In this document: positions 1 to 13,635 of the stretch, piece after piece
Position numbering within the stretch: position 1 is the stretch's first letter
Layout of the letters: every line of letters begins with the position of its first letter
Origin: Yuukianura sp. NJ FZ-2021
Lineage: Eukaryota
Reading direction: 5' to 3'
Length of the DNA stretch: 64,000 bases
Assembly: GCA_046563655.1 (NCBI GenBank)
Contig: CM102285.1
Location: forward strand, 12,462,001-12,526,000
Translations under genes and position numbers: made by a program
The notes under the pieces: model-generated
Told to the model about the DNA's origin: nothing
Database searches by the model: none
The model's input: the letters and a program-made list of their open reading frames with translations, nothing else

Positions 1-228
1 AAAGGAAATTTCTCCAGTAGTTTGAGGACAAAAGAAAGTTCAAAGAGCAACTTTTAGCGCTAAGAGTATAAGACGCATAAGCTCCGGTAAAACAAATATA
101 TCAACGTTGAGTCTGACAGTTTTATTCGAAGGGAATTCCAAAAAAGGAAAGTTTCCCGTTGTTCATATTACTTTTTTTACTCAAAAGTTTGTTTTCCAAC
201 TTTCACTCTTGTACTTTTCCATAAACAG

Positions 229-1363
229 TTCATTTGCTTCAAGCACTGTCGAAGAATGTGGCGTCGGAAACCGTGTCGACCTAGTAGGAGTCGAAATGTC
301 GCTGAGCTTGTCAATAACTTACATTCCCGTGGAGGGGATTTTGGTGGGACAAGTTCCGGTGGGTCAACGTCGGCCCCACGCCATGTCCAAGTTTCTCTCC
401 TGCCGAATGGGATTTGTTCAGGTGAGAGTGAGAACGACACAAAAAACTTTTGTTTCGTGTATAATAATAATTACTAAACCATTACAAGGAATGTTTGAAT
501 TCATTTCTGACACGAATCGAAAGAGAGTTGTCGATTAGTAGTTAATCGCTCCATTTCTCTGTCCAACAAATTGCATAGCATCGAATTCTTTCCCAGTGGA
601 ATTTGGTTGATCTCGATTGGACTTTGGTGAAGACTTGGTTAATTGCGTTGTTGGTTGGAAGTGAAAGTGAGATCGGAAGTTATGAGAAATGGAGAAAGTC
701 AGGATTCAGAAGTCTCTGGTGGAAAAAGCACGAAGCGTGAAGCATTTTGGAAAGGTGAAAAATTGATTTGTGTTAGAAATGGGAAACAGACTAAGTGGTC
801 ACCATAAATTATTCCCACAAGTAGTCCATCCACCCGTATTTCAAATTCTGTAGTATGAAGGATATCCAAAAGTAAATTGGAATTGCCCACTTTGGATCCC
901 TACATTACGATAATGGGACACTCAAACATGATGTTGATGACTTTGTTTTTTCAAAAGTTATTTCAAGTGTTATGTTCCCTTTACTGTAGAATTGTTCCGT
1001 GGTGACCCTGAGCTGGGTCAACCCCCCTCCACTCCAAGCCTGTCTGAAGACGGAGAAACAACTACTTCCAGGGTCTCACCATTTCTTTCACCGTTTCCAC
1101 GTAAGGCATTGGGTTTCAAAGCGCAAAGTTCAATTAAGTCCTGCCTCGTGCCGTCGTGTTCTAAAATTGGATAACATTTTTTTAAGATGCTAATAAATTT
1201 GATCTTTTGGTTTCTAGGATACCGTGTGGAGTGTGTGGAGGAATTACCAAGTTACGACTCCATTTCGGAGGATTCGGAGTCTCCGCCGCCTTCATACTCT
1301 TCATGTGTTCTCCAGATCTCTCTGCTTCCAGACAATAATAAGGAATCAACGACAAAGGCATGA
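229..1363 (+). CDS. 3' part (last three exons) of a probable single-pass membrane protein; cytoplasmic tail with PY motifs
   Basis: Exons 229-421, 990-1100 and 1218-1363 join in phase at GT-AG sites. They read FICFKHCRRMWRRKP... (basic juxtamembrane-like), ELFRGDPELGQPPSTPS... and RYRVECVEELPSYDSISEDSESPPPSYSS...KA*. The 5' part lies outside the window. Confidence 0.65.
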
Positions 1364-2131
1364 AAAGCACGTTCTTCCGGCCTAAAAAATGACACAAAAA
1401 TGACGCTCTTTGGACCAGCGAAAGACAGAATCTTCTAAAAAGCCTTGATCTCAATAATTGCAACGCACAGATCACATCGTGCTCTCGCCTAATCACTCAA
1501 TTCTCAACTCCTAATTATTCTTTCTTCAAACACTCATCTGCACCAACGAGCAACGACAATTAAACTACAAATTGTATTCTGAAAATGAGGATCCATTGTA
1601 CTATTTACTAGTTTAATTAAAAAGAAGGGTCAAGGGTCAAAGGGCCCTGTGACCATGAAATACAGAAAATTGTTCCACGTATTCACGTCCTTCTGGAAAG
1701 CAACTCTGCACTTACTTCCTTTTTATACTTTCACATCACATCTTCAAGCATGTTTTTTGAAACACGAATCTTATTCAAACATGCATTTTCAAATTTCAAA
1801 TAATGTAATTTGGAAAAATCAAAGTAATCCACGCCATTCTCATCATGGAGCTGTGCCACCTGACGGTGCCCTACACGTCCAGACTTGTTTGATTTCTGTA
1901 AAAATTCACAAGGCGGAAAGTTTCAACATTAGAAAAAGTGAATATCGGAGGCGGTGTTTTGTCATCTGCCATCTGCTCCTCTCCTGCTCCCTTTTTACAC
2001 TATATATTTTGGTTTGTAAACGCGTGCTATTCATATTGTGCAAATTATATCAATTTATTGAAGACACAGCAGAAGTTAATTGGTTTTGAAGAGGATTTCG
2101 ATTAATTTGGGAAGAGAATCAAGTATCCAGT

Positions 2132-2591
2132 ATGGCCAAGTCTAAGAATCATACGGCACACAACCAACGTAAGAAATTTAGATCGATTTGCCTAAAAATG
2201 AATAATAAGCAATCCTGCTTCCTTCAAGTGGACTGGAATTCTTAAAACTAAATCGTAATTCATTAGGTAAAAGTAATTGTCTATTCTAACGTTGATTTTT
2301 AATTACAGACAAGAAGGCTCACCGAAATGGGATCAAGAGGCCAAAGCCAACTCTGTCCACGCGCGGAGTTGACCCGAAATTCCTCAAGTAAGTCTTCTCT
2401 TCACCGTCCGCAGTCTGTAATCGATGACAACTGACACATCGTCGTGCTTGTGCTTTGGTTAACTGTTTGCTTATTATTTTGTTTCGTTGTTTTGTAGGAA
2501 CCTTAAGTTTGCTCGGAAGCATAACCTCAAGCCCCATCTGCAGAAGAAGCGTTTCGACCAAAGGCAATTGAAGAAAGCCGAGAAAAAATAG
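2132..2591 (+). CDS. RpL29: 60S ribosomal protein L29 (eL29)
   Basis: Exons 2132-2168, 2309-2387 and 2498-2591 give [48 protein letters not shown]..., the eL29 signature. Confidence 0.97.
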
Positions 2592-3163
2592 AAAGTCACT
2601 CCATCTTGTCCTATTCTGCCTCTGCTGTTCTTATTAATTTCTATGGATATTAAAATCTAAGAACACGTTTTTAGAACGTTTTAATGAGAATGTAACAGTG
2701 AATTTATTCAAAAGTTGGAGTGAGAGAGTCCATTAGGTAAAATAGGGTCTAACTTCTAATAGAATTTGGAAGTGAGTTAGGTCAGTGAAGCTAAAAATTT
2801 AAATTGATTTGATTGTGTCGTTCTCGTTGGCAAGTTAAGCTGGAACTTAGCTAAAAGAGGATAGTGGTCCGACGGTGAAACGCCACTCACGACAATCACA
2901 ACATTTTCGCACATCAAAAAAACTAAAATCATAACATTAGTTTGTCTTCAGACTACAGAGGAGGAATACATCTACTAATCAGTTGCCGATTCCATTCATC
3001 AGTCAGACAGATTGGTGTGCCACAGCCTCCCTACCAGCTGAGCCGACATCAATAATTACGAAAACACACCAACACAACCATCACAGTCAACGAAACTGTG
3101 ACTGTCTGAAATTTACTTAGTTTAATTTATCCATCCTCAGCTAATTACCTCATTCTTAAGGTC

Positions 3164-3965
3164 ATGGATATCGACAAGGGAAGAGCGCTTCAAACGAGAC
3201 TTTACTTTATCTTGGAAAAGCTTCACGTGATGGCCAAGGACGTCCCAACGTAAGAGGCAAAACAATCCCAATAATCCCAAACATTTGTTGATGTGCCTCC
3301 TAATTTATACGATTAGTAAGCACTAATCAAATATGAACGTTACATTTTGACTTTATATAGACAATATCAACAACGAATTTCATCCGAACTACTCTCCGGA
3401 CTTGCAAATACTCTGCTGCATAACACTATTTTTGAAATCGTCAAAGGACTAAAGGAAATACAGGATGTCACTGAACGACTCATGTTTCATAATCGGATTC
3501 GCCTGATGGATAAGTTGCGCTGTAAGAAAACAGATCTTATCCCGCATTTTGCAAACTTTATATATTTGCTTGTCCATTGATCAGCGGAAAGGAATCAACT
3601 TGCTACCAAATACAAGAAATCAAAACCGGAACTATACAAGAAGGAACTAGAGCGACTGGGCAAGAAGCATCGGCATCTGATCAAGTCCTTCGATATGAAA
3701 ATAGTTCAACATCTCGATCAAAAAGTTAGCGAACAGCAAGTCATGATGGAAAAGGCTGGTGTCCCTGGATTCTTCCTAACAAATAACCCGTCTGAGATAA
3801 AAGTAAGAACGTATCGGATCAACTTTCACAATTACAAGCACAAAATAAACACATTCTAACTAAAATATTGAATAATTTGAACAGTTGCAGATGCTACTAC
3901 TGGACTTCATCTTGAAACTTAGAGATATGGACCTTCCTCAAGTAGTACTTGACGACGAGTGCTAA
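3164..3965 (+). CDS. DGCR6: DGCR6 / gonadal family protein
   Basis: Four exons. YQQRISSELLSGLANTLLHNTIFEIVKGLKEIQDVTE and LDQKVSEQQVMMEKAGVPGFFLTNNPSEIKLQMLLLDFI match the conserved DGCR6 blocks. Confidence 0.9.
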
Positions 3966-4237
3966 TCACCACCGCTTACAAACCACTACAAGTTATAACA
4001 TCATCGTTAGACTTCACCGACCAATTCAAACTCGATCTCTCAAAACGCACAGCCAACATGCTGATCAGTGCATTAGTAAAAAATGAACGGAAAGCCAACA
4101 CTTAATTAGTGTAAGTAAGGACACAATGTTTATTATCAATTTGTACAATTGTACGAAGATTACATAAGAATATAAGGCAGATTTGTATCACTGATTTGGT
4201 TGTTTTCGTAAGCTCAAGGACTGTTATTGACCGATTT

Positions 4238-5927
4238 TTAATTTAGGGCTTCCGAAAGTCTGACCATTTTCTGCAGTTCCTCCGGAAAGATAATGTTAGC
4301 CATCCGAGTGATTGCTGACGGATCGCTTAAGAATTCTCGATTGACTCCTAGAGTGACATCCATCTTTTGCGAATGTGACAGTGATATTGCTACTAAGGCT
4401 GTAAATTAAAACATTGTTTAAGTAATTGTATACTTCCGGTAATATAATATTGACATCAAAACTTACACATCTTCTCAGACGTAAAGCCCACAAAAGGCCA
4501 AATATTCATAACATGATTGCCCATCAATTTATAATCGTTTCCAGCTACAATGGTCGCCCAAGAAGTGGCCATGTTTGTTTCAGCTTTTGTTGATTTCTGG
4601 ATCAAACTAACCGGAAACAGTGATGTCAATGGCATAAGCGTTCTTTTCACCATCTTGTTGATCTCTTTGTTATGAAACTCCACATAATCCTTCTCAGTTT
4701 CATCCAGCCTCTTCAGAATATCCGGATTTCTGATTGGGATCTTGAACATTCCAACGGTCCTGGCATGGCAGAATACAAGTAAAATAAAAAATTAACACCA
4801 ACTAATTAAAGTAAACTAAAAACTAACCATTCGTTGCACATTTTGTCTCTAGGATGATCAGGCCATGGCAATGAATTCGCAGTACAAATGTATTCTGGCA
4901 AATCGGTGTCGCTGCCCTTTTGTTCCAGTAGCAGCGTCCTGATCACACTTCCGAGCAGCGTCAACAAAATGGACGTGACATGGGCCGCTGTTCGTCTTCT
5001 GATTCTTTTGACCGAATCCAGGTCCAAGGTGAAGAAGGAATAAATGATTTCAGTGTTACTGCCGGACATTGGAAACGGATTTGGAATTTTGCTAAGCTTC
5101 TGACCAAAATTGTACATTGTCACCGGTGCATTGAACCATAGACGAGCCTAAAATGACAAAAATCTGTATGTAAATGCCAAATTAACCAAAATTATCCAAT
5201 TTTATAATTTTGACTTTATTTAGAAAAATCTTACTTTGTCCCAAACAGTTTCTTGGAAGATTCCTTCAGTTTTCTTGGATGCACTTTTGTTCGCCAGTTG
5301 CTCAAATAAGTAAATGAGTGAGTATCCATCACCCATTGAATGATGTAGTCGAAACAGCAAGATGCTGCCAGCAAAATTCTTGTCGCTGGCATAAGGGTCA
5401 ACGCCCTGAAGTATCGCAACACTCCACAGAGGCTTTCCCTCTTCATAAGGCAAGTAGAAAAATCGATTTACAAAATCCGAAAACGTCTCATTTTGCTTCA
5501 AACTTGATTCGTAAATTAAATCCTTGAGATCAACGTCCCTCAACTTTACGTCATGTTTGAACGCATACCCCCAAAATTTCTTAAAAAATCTTAACAAATT
5601 CACATTCACTCTTCTTCCGGTTCTAGAATCACTTGGTTCTAGTAAAACTTTGTAAAAATGAGTTCTGAATTCTTCAACGTTAAGGCTTCCCTTAAGTTTA
5701 AGTACAAAACCAATATTAATCAAAGGCTTCGTGTAGATCCCATCGGCAATTGTCATTACATCACTTGTCGTGAATGGTTTTAACTTTGGTCGTAGCACTT
5801 TGGCCGAAATTAGCACAAATATTTTCCATAATTTGAGTAGTAAAATCGGTAGAGAGACAACTAGGAGTAGAAGGAACCAAACTAAAATATTTTTGAAAAC
5901 AGAAGTACTGGAAGAGGGCGACGACAT
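4238..5927 (-). CDS. Wax ester synthase/diacylglycerol acyltransferase (WS/DGAT)-like O-acyltransferase
   Basis: Four exons. N-terminal hydrophobic helix, KPLWSV motif, catalytic HHxxxDG (RLHHSMGDG), and a C-terminal block (SLVAISLSHSQKMDVTLGVNREFL...EELQKM) resembling the WS/DGAT C-terminal domain. Confidence 0.8.
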
Positions 5928-7436
5928 TTTAAACAATAAAAAATTTACCGTAAATCAGAAAATACTAAACTTCAATTTTTGCTAAAAATTGACAATGCAC
6001 TTGTCGATCCCCCTCTTCTCATAAAACTGTTAATTGAGATCTTCCGGAGAATTTTCGAATTTTGTTTAGGTTCTACTTTCAATTTCAAGGTTACACTTTG
6101 TTTCTGTTATCTTCAGAATTGAAAATATGATGAAAAAGTTACTTGAAAAACCTTTTACAATAGTAAAAAGAACAAAGGATTTATGCAAACAAAAAAATCA
6201 AGTTTCAACAAAATTATTGGGGAAAATCTTCACACACAAAATTGGAAAGATGTAACCAAAAAAGGCAGATTTGTCGAAAAATTCTCATAACCTTTCAACT
6301 TGCATTTTGCACAGCAAGTGCGTTGCCCTTTCATAACAAGATTTAACAAAGCTTGTCCATTTAATCCACAACTTCCGAATTCGGTTTGTACTAAACTTGT
6401 ACCAAAAAAAAAGTTAGACGACGTTTAGTCAGCTGAAGTAATTCATTGTTTAAATTCATTCCAAATTGCTCAATTATTGTTGTCTAAATCGGAACAATAA
6501 GAGCAAAAACAAACTGGAGAGACAAAAAGTTCAATTTCCTTTCGAAATTAAATTTGGTTCACTATGTTTTCCTTTACTGCACTAATCGACCGAGTAACTT
6601 GCTAATTATTGTATGCATAAAAGTAGAAATATGTATCTTTGCAACTTGACACTTCCATGGTTGAGAGCTTTTCCTTTAGACCACATTGCCGTTGACCTAA
6701 TATTAACCAAACGCCACCAATCAATAATCTATTTTTTTTGACTGATTTTTGTTTAGATACCTGCAGCAGAACTTAATTGTTCCGTCAATTTGAACACATC
6801 GTCAGAATCAACGTTTACTCAAGGAGAGCCTTGGTGGGGGTCTGTTCTAACCACAAGTAAACCTATTTTTCTTGAATAGATTAAGGGATGAAGAGAGTGT
6901 ATGTTGTAAAAAGTGAACGATTTTAAAGGAAAGTGTTGGTGGTTTGGATAACAATCGATTTTAAGGGCCCCCAATAAGGGCAATTGATACTTGCAAAGAT
7001 GCTTTGGTTCGTTGCAGAAAGTTTTCAGTGTTTGACAAAGTTACAACCGTTTTTCTACTGTTACTCAAATTCTTGTTACTCAAATTCTACTTCTGAAATG
7101 GATATCGGACGAGTAACATTGTGAAATTTTAATTCCGTTGACAACAAAAAAATCTTGAAATCCTACCTCCTTAGCTGGAAAAATTTCGAAAAAGTTTTTA
7201 GCATCTCCGAAATTATTCAACACTTTTCAGAAACACTAAAAAATTACTGAAGAGTTCCAAACTTCAATTTTGCAGAAGAAAATGTGCTTTTCGTTAAATT
7301 GCTTTTGATCAGCATTCTCAAGCTAGAAGGATCTGAATAATCGAAAAATCCAGGTAAGCCAAAAGTTTCTAAGCAGGATTTCGTAAAACTTTTGAAATAT
7401 TTCAAAATTTCAGATTCGAGTGAAAAAAAACGCAAC

Positions 7437-10400
7437 ATGTTTCCACTACATTTGTTAACGACATTCCTCGTGCTGTGCTCTGGAGTCGGTTCTGAATCGG
7501 ATTCCGACATGTCCAGAAACCCCGATTCCCTTGAAAACATGGCAGTCAATTCAACAAGCGTCACTTATGGATCGCTAAGTGCTAATAATCTGGATCCACA
7601 TCTGAAATCGACCTTGGCTCAAATGGCTCTGTCTCCATTGCTAGTCGCTTCCAGAAGATTTACTCACTTGCCGCTAGAGTCCCTCTTTCCACGAATCGGA
7701 TCCACCGCGCCATCATTTTCTGCAACTAACCTAACTTCCCCCGAAGACTTAAATTTTAACGAAACAGCCCAAATCAACCTAACTTCAGCTCTGCTCAACC
7801 ACTCTCTTCATCATGGCTCGGATGACGAACTGGACCGCATTGTCTTTTCAAATCTTCCGGAAGGATCCAAGCTAGTGCTCAAAACTGTGAAGATTATGAA
7901 AACAGATGAAGACGGCAACGATCAACCGTTCGGTGAGCCTGCTATTTCACTTGACGTTATGCCCATTGGATCCGACAAATCAGACTCCGAGGAGGAACAT
8001 GATCCGGAAGAAAGTGAAGATGCTGATGGCGAGGCCACAGATCAGCGTAGAGATTTGGCCACTGATGCCAGTTCGCACAAAACTGCTGGTTATGACTCCT
8101 ACGCTAATGAAAAGGTCAAGGACAAAAGCGAAGACTATCATAATGGTCATTACTATGGCAAAGATCATACGAACACATTGACAGGTTAGACATTTCTTTT
8201 CGGTGATGTCGCAATTTCAAAATTCAAATTCCATGAACTTATGAAAATTGAAAATTGCATGAAATTTTGAAAATTGTAATTGCTAAATGGTGAGAACTGA
8301 CTTTTGAATCATCTTTAGATTCCCAGGGTAAGAAAGTTACAGACTACAAAGGCACAGAGAAGGGCTTGACTGACTTTGACAATGCCCATGGGAATGCACA
8401 ATCCAACGATGGAGAACGTTTCAAAAAGTCAAAGAAAAAGAACAAGGGAAGGAAAGTTACGGTAAGATTCTTTTTAAAAACTGAAAAAATTTAGCAACTT
8501 TAAAAGCCACAGAATTTTTAGGCTCCACTTTTGTTCCTTGCCATAATTTAAACTTACAACCTAATGATCCCACAAGCGTTAGTATTTGCACTGTACAAAA
8601 GGAAAAATGTAGTTCTAAACTTCAAAAAGTTTCTACTGTATTGTCAGAGCCTTAATTCCAAATTCAACACGAATTTTACACACCTTGATTAATTTAGTAG
8701 CGCTTTTACTTTCGACTCCCCTATTTTCAATTTTGTAGCTCCAATGTTAACTGAAGCATGGAAATGACTTCTTCGTTTTTTTCACAAAACATTCAAATTG
8801 AATCCTGAATCACGATTGCGGTGGATCCAATTTTTTCCCATACAAAAACGGATTTAAACTGTTTTGCATTTCTAAGCATAAGAATATTTGAACATTTCGG
8901 AACTATTTCAACAGGAAGATGAATTGGAACACAGGAAATGATAGTTTCAAAATTTCCTAATTCTGCGAAATTGGAACTAATTTTTGAATTTCCTTTGTTC
9001 AATTGAAATTTTTGAAGGGATTCAAACGAGTTTACCACAAAGAAGAATTTCAGCGAACAGAACACTTTTACGACGATGAAGAAGCGAAGAAAATTGCAGA
9101 AAGTTTTGGTTTGACAGAATCCAAGGATAAGAAGGATCATGGGAAAAAAGATGACGATCGGAAATACCACGTAAGATTTAACGCCTTACTTTAAAATCCT
9201 ATTGTGTTTAGGCCACAGCACAGCACATATAGAGAAATTTTGTTGAAAATTCTATATTTATAAATCCAAATTATGACAGATTTTTGAAACTGTAATTTTC
9301 GAACAGAATGATAATTCGAGCGGATGTAACGTAACAATAGTTGTAATCTCTGCACTTTAAAGAATTTTGTGGTTTCAAGTGAAACTGAACATCAAATTTT
9401 TGACGGACGGAAATGGACGCATAATTTGTTGATCAAAACAGAGTAATTTCGTGAGAATTTGTTCAACAATTGCAATTTGCCACAATCTTCAAAAAAAGTA
9501 GTGGTCAAGCTTTCAGATATTTCAAATTTGAGTGTAAATTGCGGTTTTCGTGTCAAATTGCAAAAAATTTCACTTTCTCTGTCCACTGCTTTACAGGGAG
9601 GTCGAATTGAGCATACTGACAAAGAGAAAGTAAAAAACGAACATTCAACACATCACGGTCACCACAAAGGTCAAAATGCCGCTCACGGAAATTCAGAAAA
9701 GCATAAACACGCCCATCATCACACAATATATCACGCACCACATTATCGTAACCACCATTACAACCAGGAAAGTCAGCATCACTCAAATCCTAATCATCGT
9801 TACAACAATGCTCCTGTGGCATACAGCAATCCTTATCCGACTTCATATGACCCCAGTACAGCTTCCGCGCAAGAAGCAGCGGCAGTTGGAACTCCAGTGA
9901 CTCAAGATCCGTTTATAGCACCGAAACCAAAACCGGTCAAAATCTATCCAAAGAATATTCAAGATGTGGAATTTGGCCTGAGGTCACCGATAGCTGACGA
10001 AGCCAAGATCTTCAGAGCTCAAAAGACTAGACTGCACTTTCCACCTCCGCAGAGTTACTACTATGCACCGAATTTTGCTCCGCCCCCATCAAGTACAACT
10101 GATCATGCCGATATTGCGGATTACTACCATGAAGGGTACGGTACTCGGAGTACCGGATACGGTGCCGGACGAACCTTGCCAGCAAAAAATCCACGCATGA
10201 AAATGAACTATGAAAATCGGTATGGTGGAATCACTTCAACTATGGCTCCACCTACTCCCCCGCCACGGCTACGTACCATGGACACGCCATCATACTACTC
10301 AAGTGTCGTAAATGTCGTAAATCCTGCGACGGGTAACACTAATCCACCCCCAATCCCGTTTTTTCACAACGGAAGAAATTTAATTAGTATTGACAAGGCC

Positions 10401-11027
10401 GTTGTTACAAAAGTTCCAGCCCCAGGAACATACTTGGCAGTACCTGACTCTCGAGGAGCAATTGTAAATTCCGGATTTAGCAACTGGACTCCAATTTCCA
10501 GTGGCAGTACAATCACCGGCCAAAATTACAACGCCACCGTTTCAGCACAAAATCAAACTGCTGTCTATCCAGCATATAACCAGCCTGATAAAAACAATAC
10601 CCCCATCAATCTGAATTCAACCGTCATGTCAACTTTGGTTGCAAATCCATCTTTTGGTCACGGTAGAAGCCCAGCGTTCCAGTCGCAACCTTATGAAACC
10701 CGAAACCCAAACCCACGGCTGTTTCCAAATCGTCCAGGCCCTGGACAAGGCCAATACATTCGACTCCAGACTGTAGCTGTAGCCGAAGGGCCTTCGTCGT
10801 CTACCGATTTTCCAAATCTACCCAACTTGCCAATTAGCTCAAACTTCTACTATGGACCTACCTTAATCCGAAATCAACAACATCCGGAACAATCCGAATC
10901 GGAAATATCGAACTCCCAATCACAGAACTTCCCTGCCCCGAACCAAGGACGCAGAGGTCCACCGTTTTCCCACTTTATGAACAATCTAATGAATTCTGTT
11001 TCGGGCTTCTTTAATCGCATGGGTTAA
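7437..11027 (+). CDS. Secreted His/Pro-rich low-complexity protein, DUF4779-like (possibly cuticular/extracellular)
   Basis: Signal peptide MFPLHLLTTFLVLCSGVG and four in-phase exons (about 7437-8183, 8319-8461, 9018-9170, 9597-11027). The motif KGRKVTGFKRVYHKEEFQRTEHFYDD resembles arthropod DUF4779 proteins. The tail is His-rich then Pro/Asn-rich. Confidence 0.7.
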
Positions 11028-12250
11028 CTTAATAAAGACTTCTTCTCAATTATCTAAAAACCATTTGTAACTTGCTTCAACACTCTTAACAATGACAATC
11101 ATCCCTCTTTATCCGAAAGCTTACATAGTAGAAATGAAATGAAACATGGACTTACCGAAATTCGATGACAGAAGTAATTCGTATTACAATCGTCTTCTTT
11201 TGGTATCCACCGTCCACAGACGTTGTATCTAATGCTTTACCGTAGAGGCCAAATGTCACCCTTGCCAATTAATTGATGAATTAATCGGTTCGATCGTCAA
11301 AACGTTTCAGTTGATCCACTGCTTCTTGCTTACGAGCGAAGAGATGACAGATAAAGAGGCGACCCGCAGTCTGCCCGCGCCTGTGACGTTTAAAAAAAGT
11401 AAATAAAAGGGTCGATCTAGCAGCTACTCACACAAACTCACACCACCACCGCATCCGAGTAACAGAGCTGGGTAGAATTAGAAATTCTGTCCTGTATTAA
11501 CGTTATTTAATTAATTAGAGTTAATAATCAATTAAAAGTAATTAATTTTATCAAACATTGATTAATCATTTATTATATTTATTTTCATGCTTTGTGTAAT
11601 ACTACATTGTCAGTTCACTTTACACCATTACAAGTTCCCCTAGGACATTCCACTCCCTCCCAACACCAAAGTTGTTGCCAATCTCCACCCCAAGGCCAAA
11701 TACCAATGTTATTGCTAAGATTAGTTCCTAGAAGATCTTAATTAATCATTAACCAGTTTGAGTGAGAGCGAGTGAGCGAAAAACTTGATTGGGTCTCCTA
11801 ACAAAGAAAGATCTGTCTGCGATGCGATGTGCAAAGTTGAAGTTCAACTGTTGAACTAAGGTCCTACATTTTAACATTTATTTAACCGTCTATCGTCTAA
11901 GGGCAAGGGCGCTTCAATTGGTGAGTTTGTTGAATTTCTTTTCGATTCCTTTTGGCCATATTTTATAGTCCGGTTTCTCCCTTGAGTACTTGAGTTAGTT
12001 AGCTTGATCATTGCAAGTTTTATAAACATATTGTTTACATACCGTTATGTTTTTATAAACTGTATGTTCACATACAGTTATGTTTTTCTTTACTACAGGC
12101 TTCCGGCTTTAGTTGGATTTAGCGTCGTCAGCACCTACCGTTAACGTCACCAAATTTTGACTATCGTGGACAGCCTTCAGATCGAGCCTGGGCAAACGTT
12201 GAGTGCAGCTTAAGCATCAATCTAATTCGGCAGTATCTAATCAAAGGACA

Positions 12251-12938
12251 ATGTCTCGATTTCAGCGCGATCAGGATGAAGAACAAGGGTTGCATTGGTA
12301 TGTGACTTTGCAGTAACTCTAATTACTTGATATACTGTAACTGTTGCGTTAATGATTATGTGTATATTTCAATTAGGGGCTGGAAGTTGGGTCTCGGTCT
12401 CCTCGGTGCCGCAGTCGGTGGTACACTGGGTTATGTAGCATATGAGGGAACGTCGTACACTATCGAGCGACATACTCATCTTAAGAAATGTTCCGAGACA
12501 TTTGTCTCGGCCGAAGAACTACTGCTCAGTGGATGTCTTGAGTACGGGGACATGATTGAATTCAAGCGCCCATACTACCAGCACTGGGGTATTTACGTCG
12601 GAAACGGGATGGTTGTTCACGTCAGCGACGGCGGGCAGGTTGTTGAAGAAAGTTTGGTTGCCATTGGAGGAGGCAGCACTTGTCGTGTGAACTTGCTAGA
12701 ATGGAAAGCCAAACGACTTCAACTATATCCACGGGGATCTCGACGGCAAATTGTGGCTTACGCGAAAGAACAGGTTGGGAAACGGATTGAATACCACATT
12801 GCCGAAAATAACTGCGAGCATTTTGTAACGGAATGTTTCTACGGACAGGCATTTAGCTCTCAGCAAGATATTTTGAACGGTAATACAACTGCTCGACTCG
12901 TTGGTATAGGTTCCTCTAGAACCTATCAGCTTCAATGA
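12251..12938 (+). CDS. LRAT-domain (permuted NlpC/P60, H-NC) phospholipase/acyltransferase-like protein
   Basis: Short exon 1 from ATG 12251. Exon 2 contains GDMIEF, YQHWGIYVG, VVHV and NNCEHFV (His-His-Cys triad). Confidence 0.88.
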
Positions 12939-13635
12939 TCCGATCCAATACGATATTTTGGCAACTTGAGACTTTTCTAACGTAAACTTAAACTTAATGC
13001 ATGCAATGACAATAATTTTAACCCCACCTTAAATTTTAACCTAAAATTTTGATTTAGCGTAAAAAGGACTACAGTTTTCCTTTGTTAAGCAAGGTCAGAT
13101 TACCCAAATCATGATTGCTACTTTTGCATTGAGATGTTCAATAAATCGGAGTCTCCTCTACAAGCTCTCGCGTATGAAATGAATTCTGAATTCACAATTC
13201 ATTAGATTTTTCAAATTGTAAATTGAATTCATCCCACATAGACATAGACAGACAAGAGAGTAAATTACGCACAAAGGCGTCGAGTATTACGCCCACTAAC
13301 GTCCATTTTCACCACGACGCGACACAATTAGAATAATAAACTTTTGACCTGCTTTCATCAATGTTGGTTTTTGCAAACATCAAGAAAAACAATAAAACGA
13401 CAAGCCTCCAATTATGGCAAATGAAGGTCAGGGATCAAAATTGTTCACGCCAATTTTAGCTTTACTGCTTGCTGGCCCCTCCTTTTGCAAAAAAGAATTT
13501 TGCAAAACTGGAATTCGGTGACGCTTTAAAATGCGAGAGATTCCAAATTATTTGGTTAGTTGTCAGATTACTGTCAAATTGTTGCGTTGAATTTTTTCAG
13601 TCCTGTGATTTTCCGTTTTACCCAAAATTTCAATT

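Noticed and set aside
177..1496. Minus-strand ORFs as a gene, including a GTATCCT U12-like donor near 1222
   Set aside because: They cannot be joined without stops. The plus strand gives a clean phase-consistent model.
12018..12087. Imperfect 35-bp tandem duplication in the 5' intron of the LRAT gene
   Set aside because: Ordinary local duplication with no sign of function.
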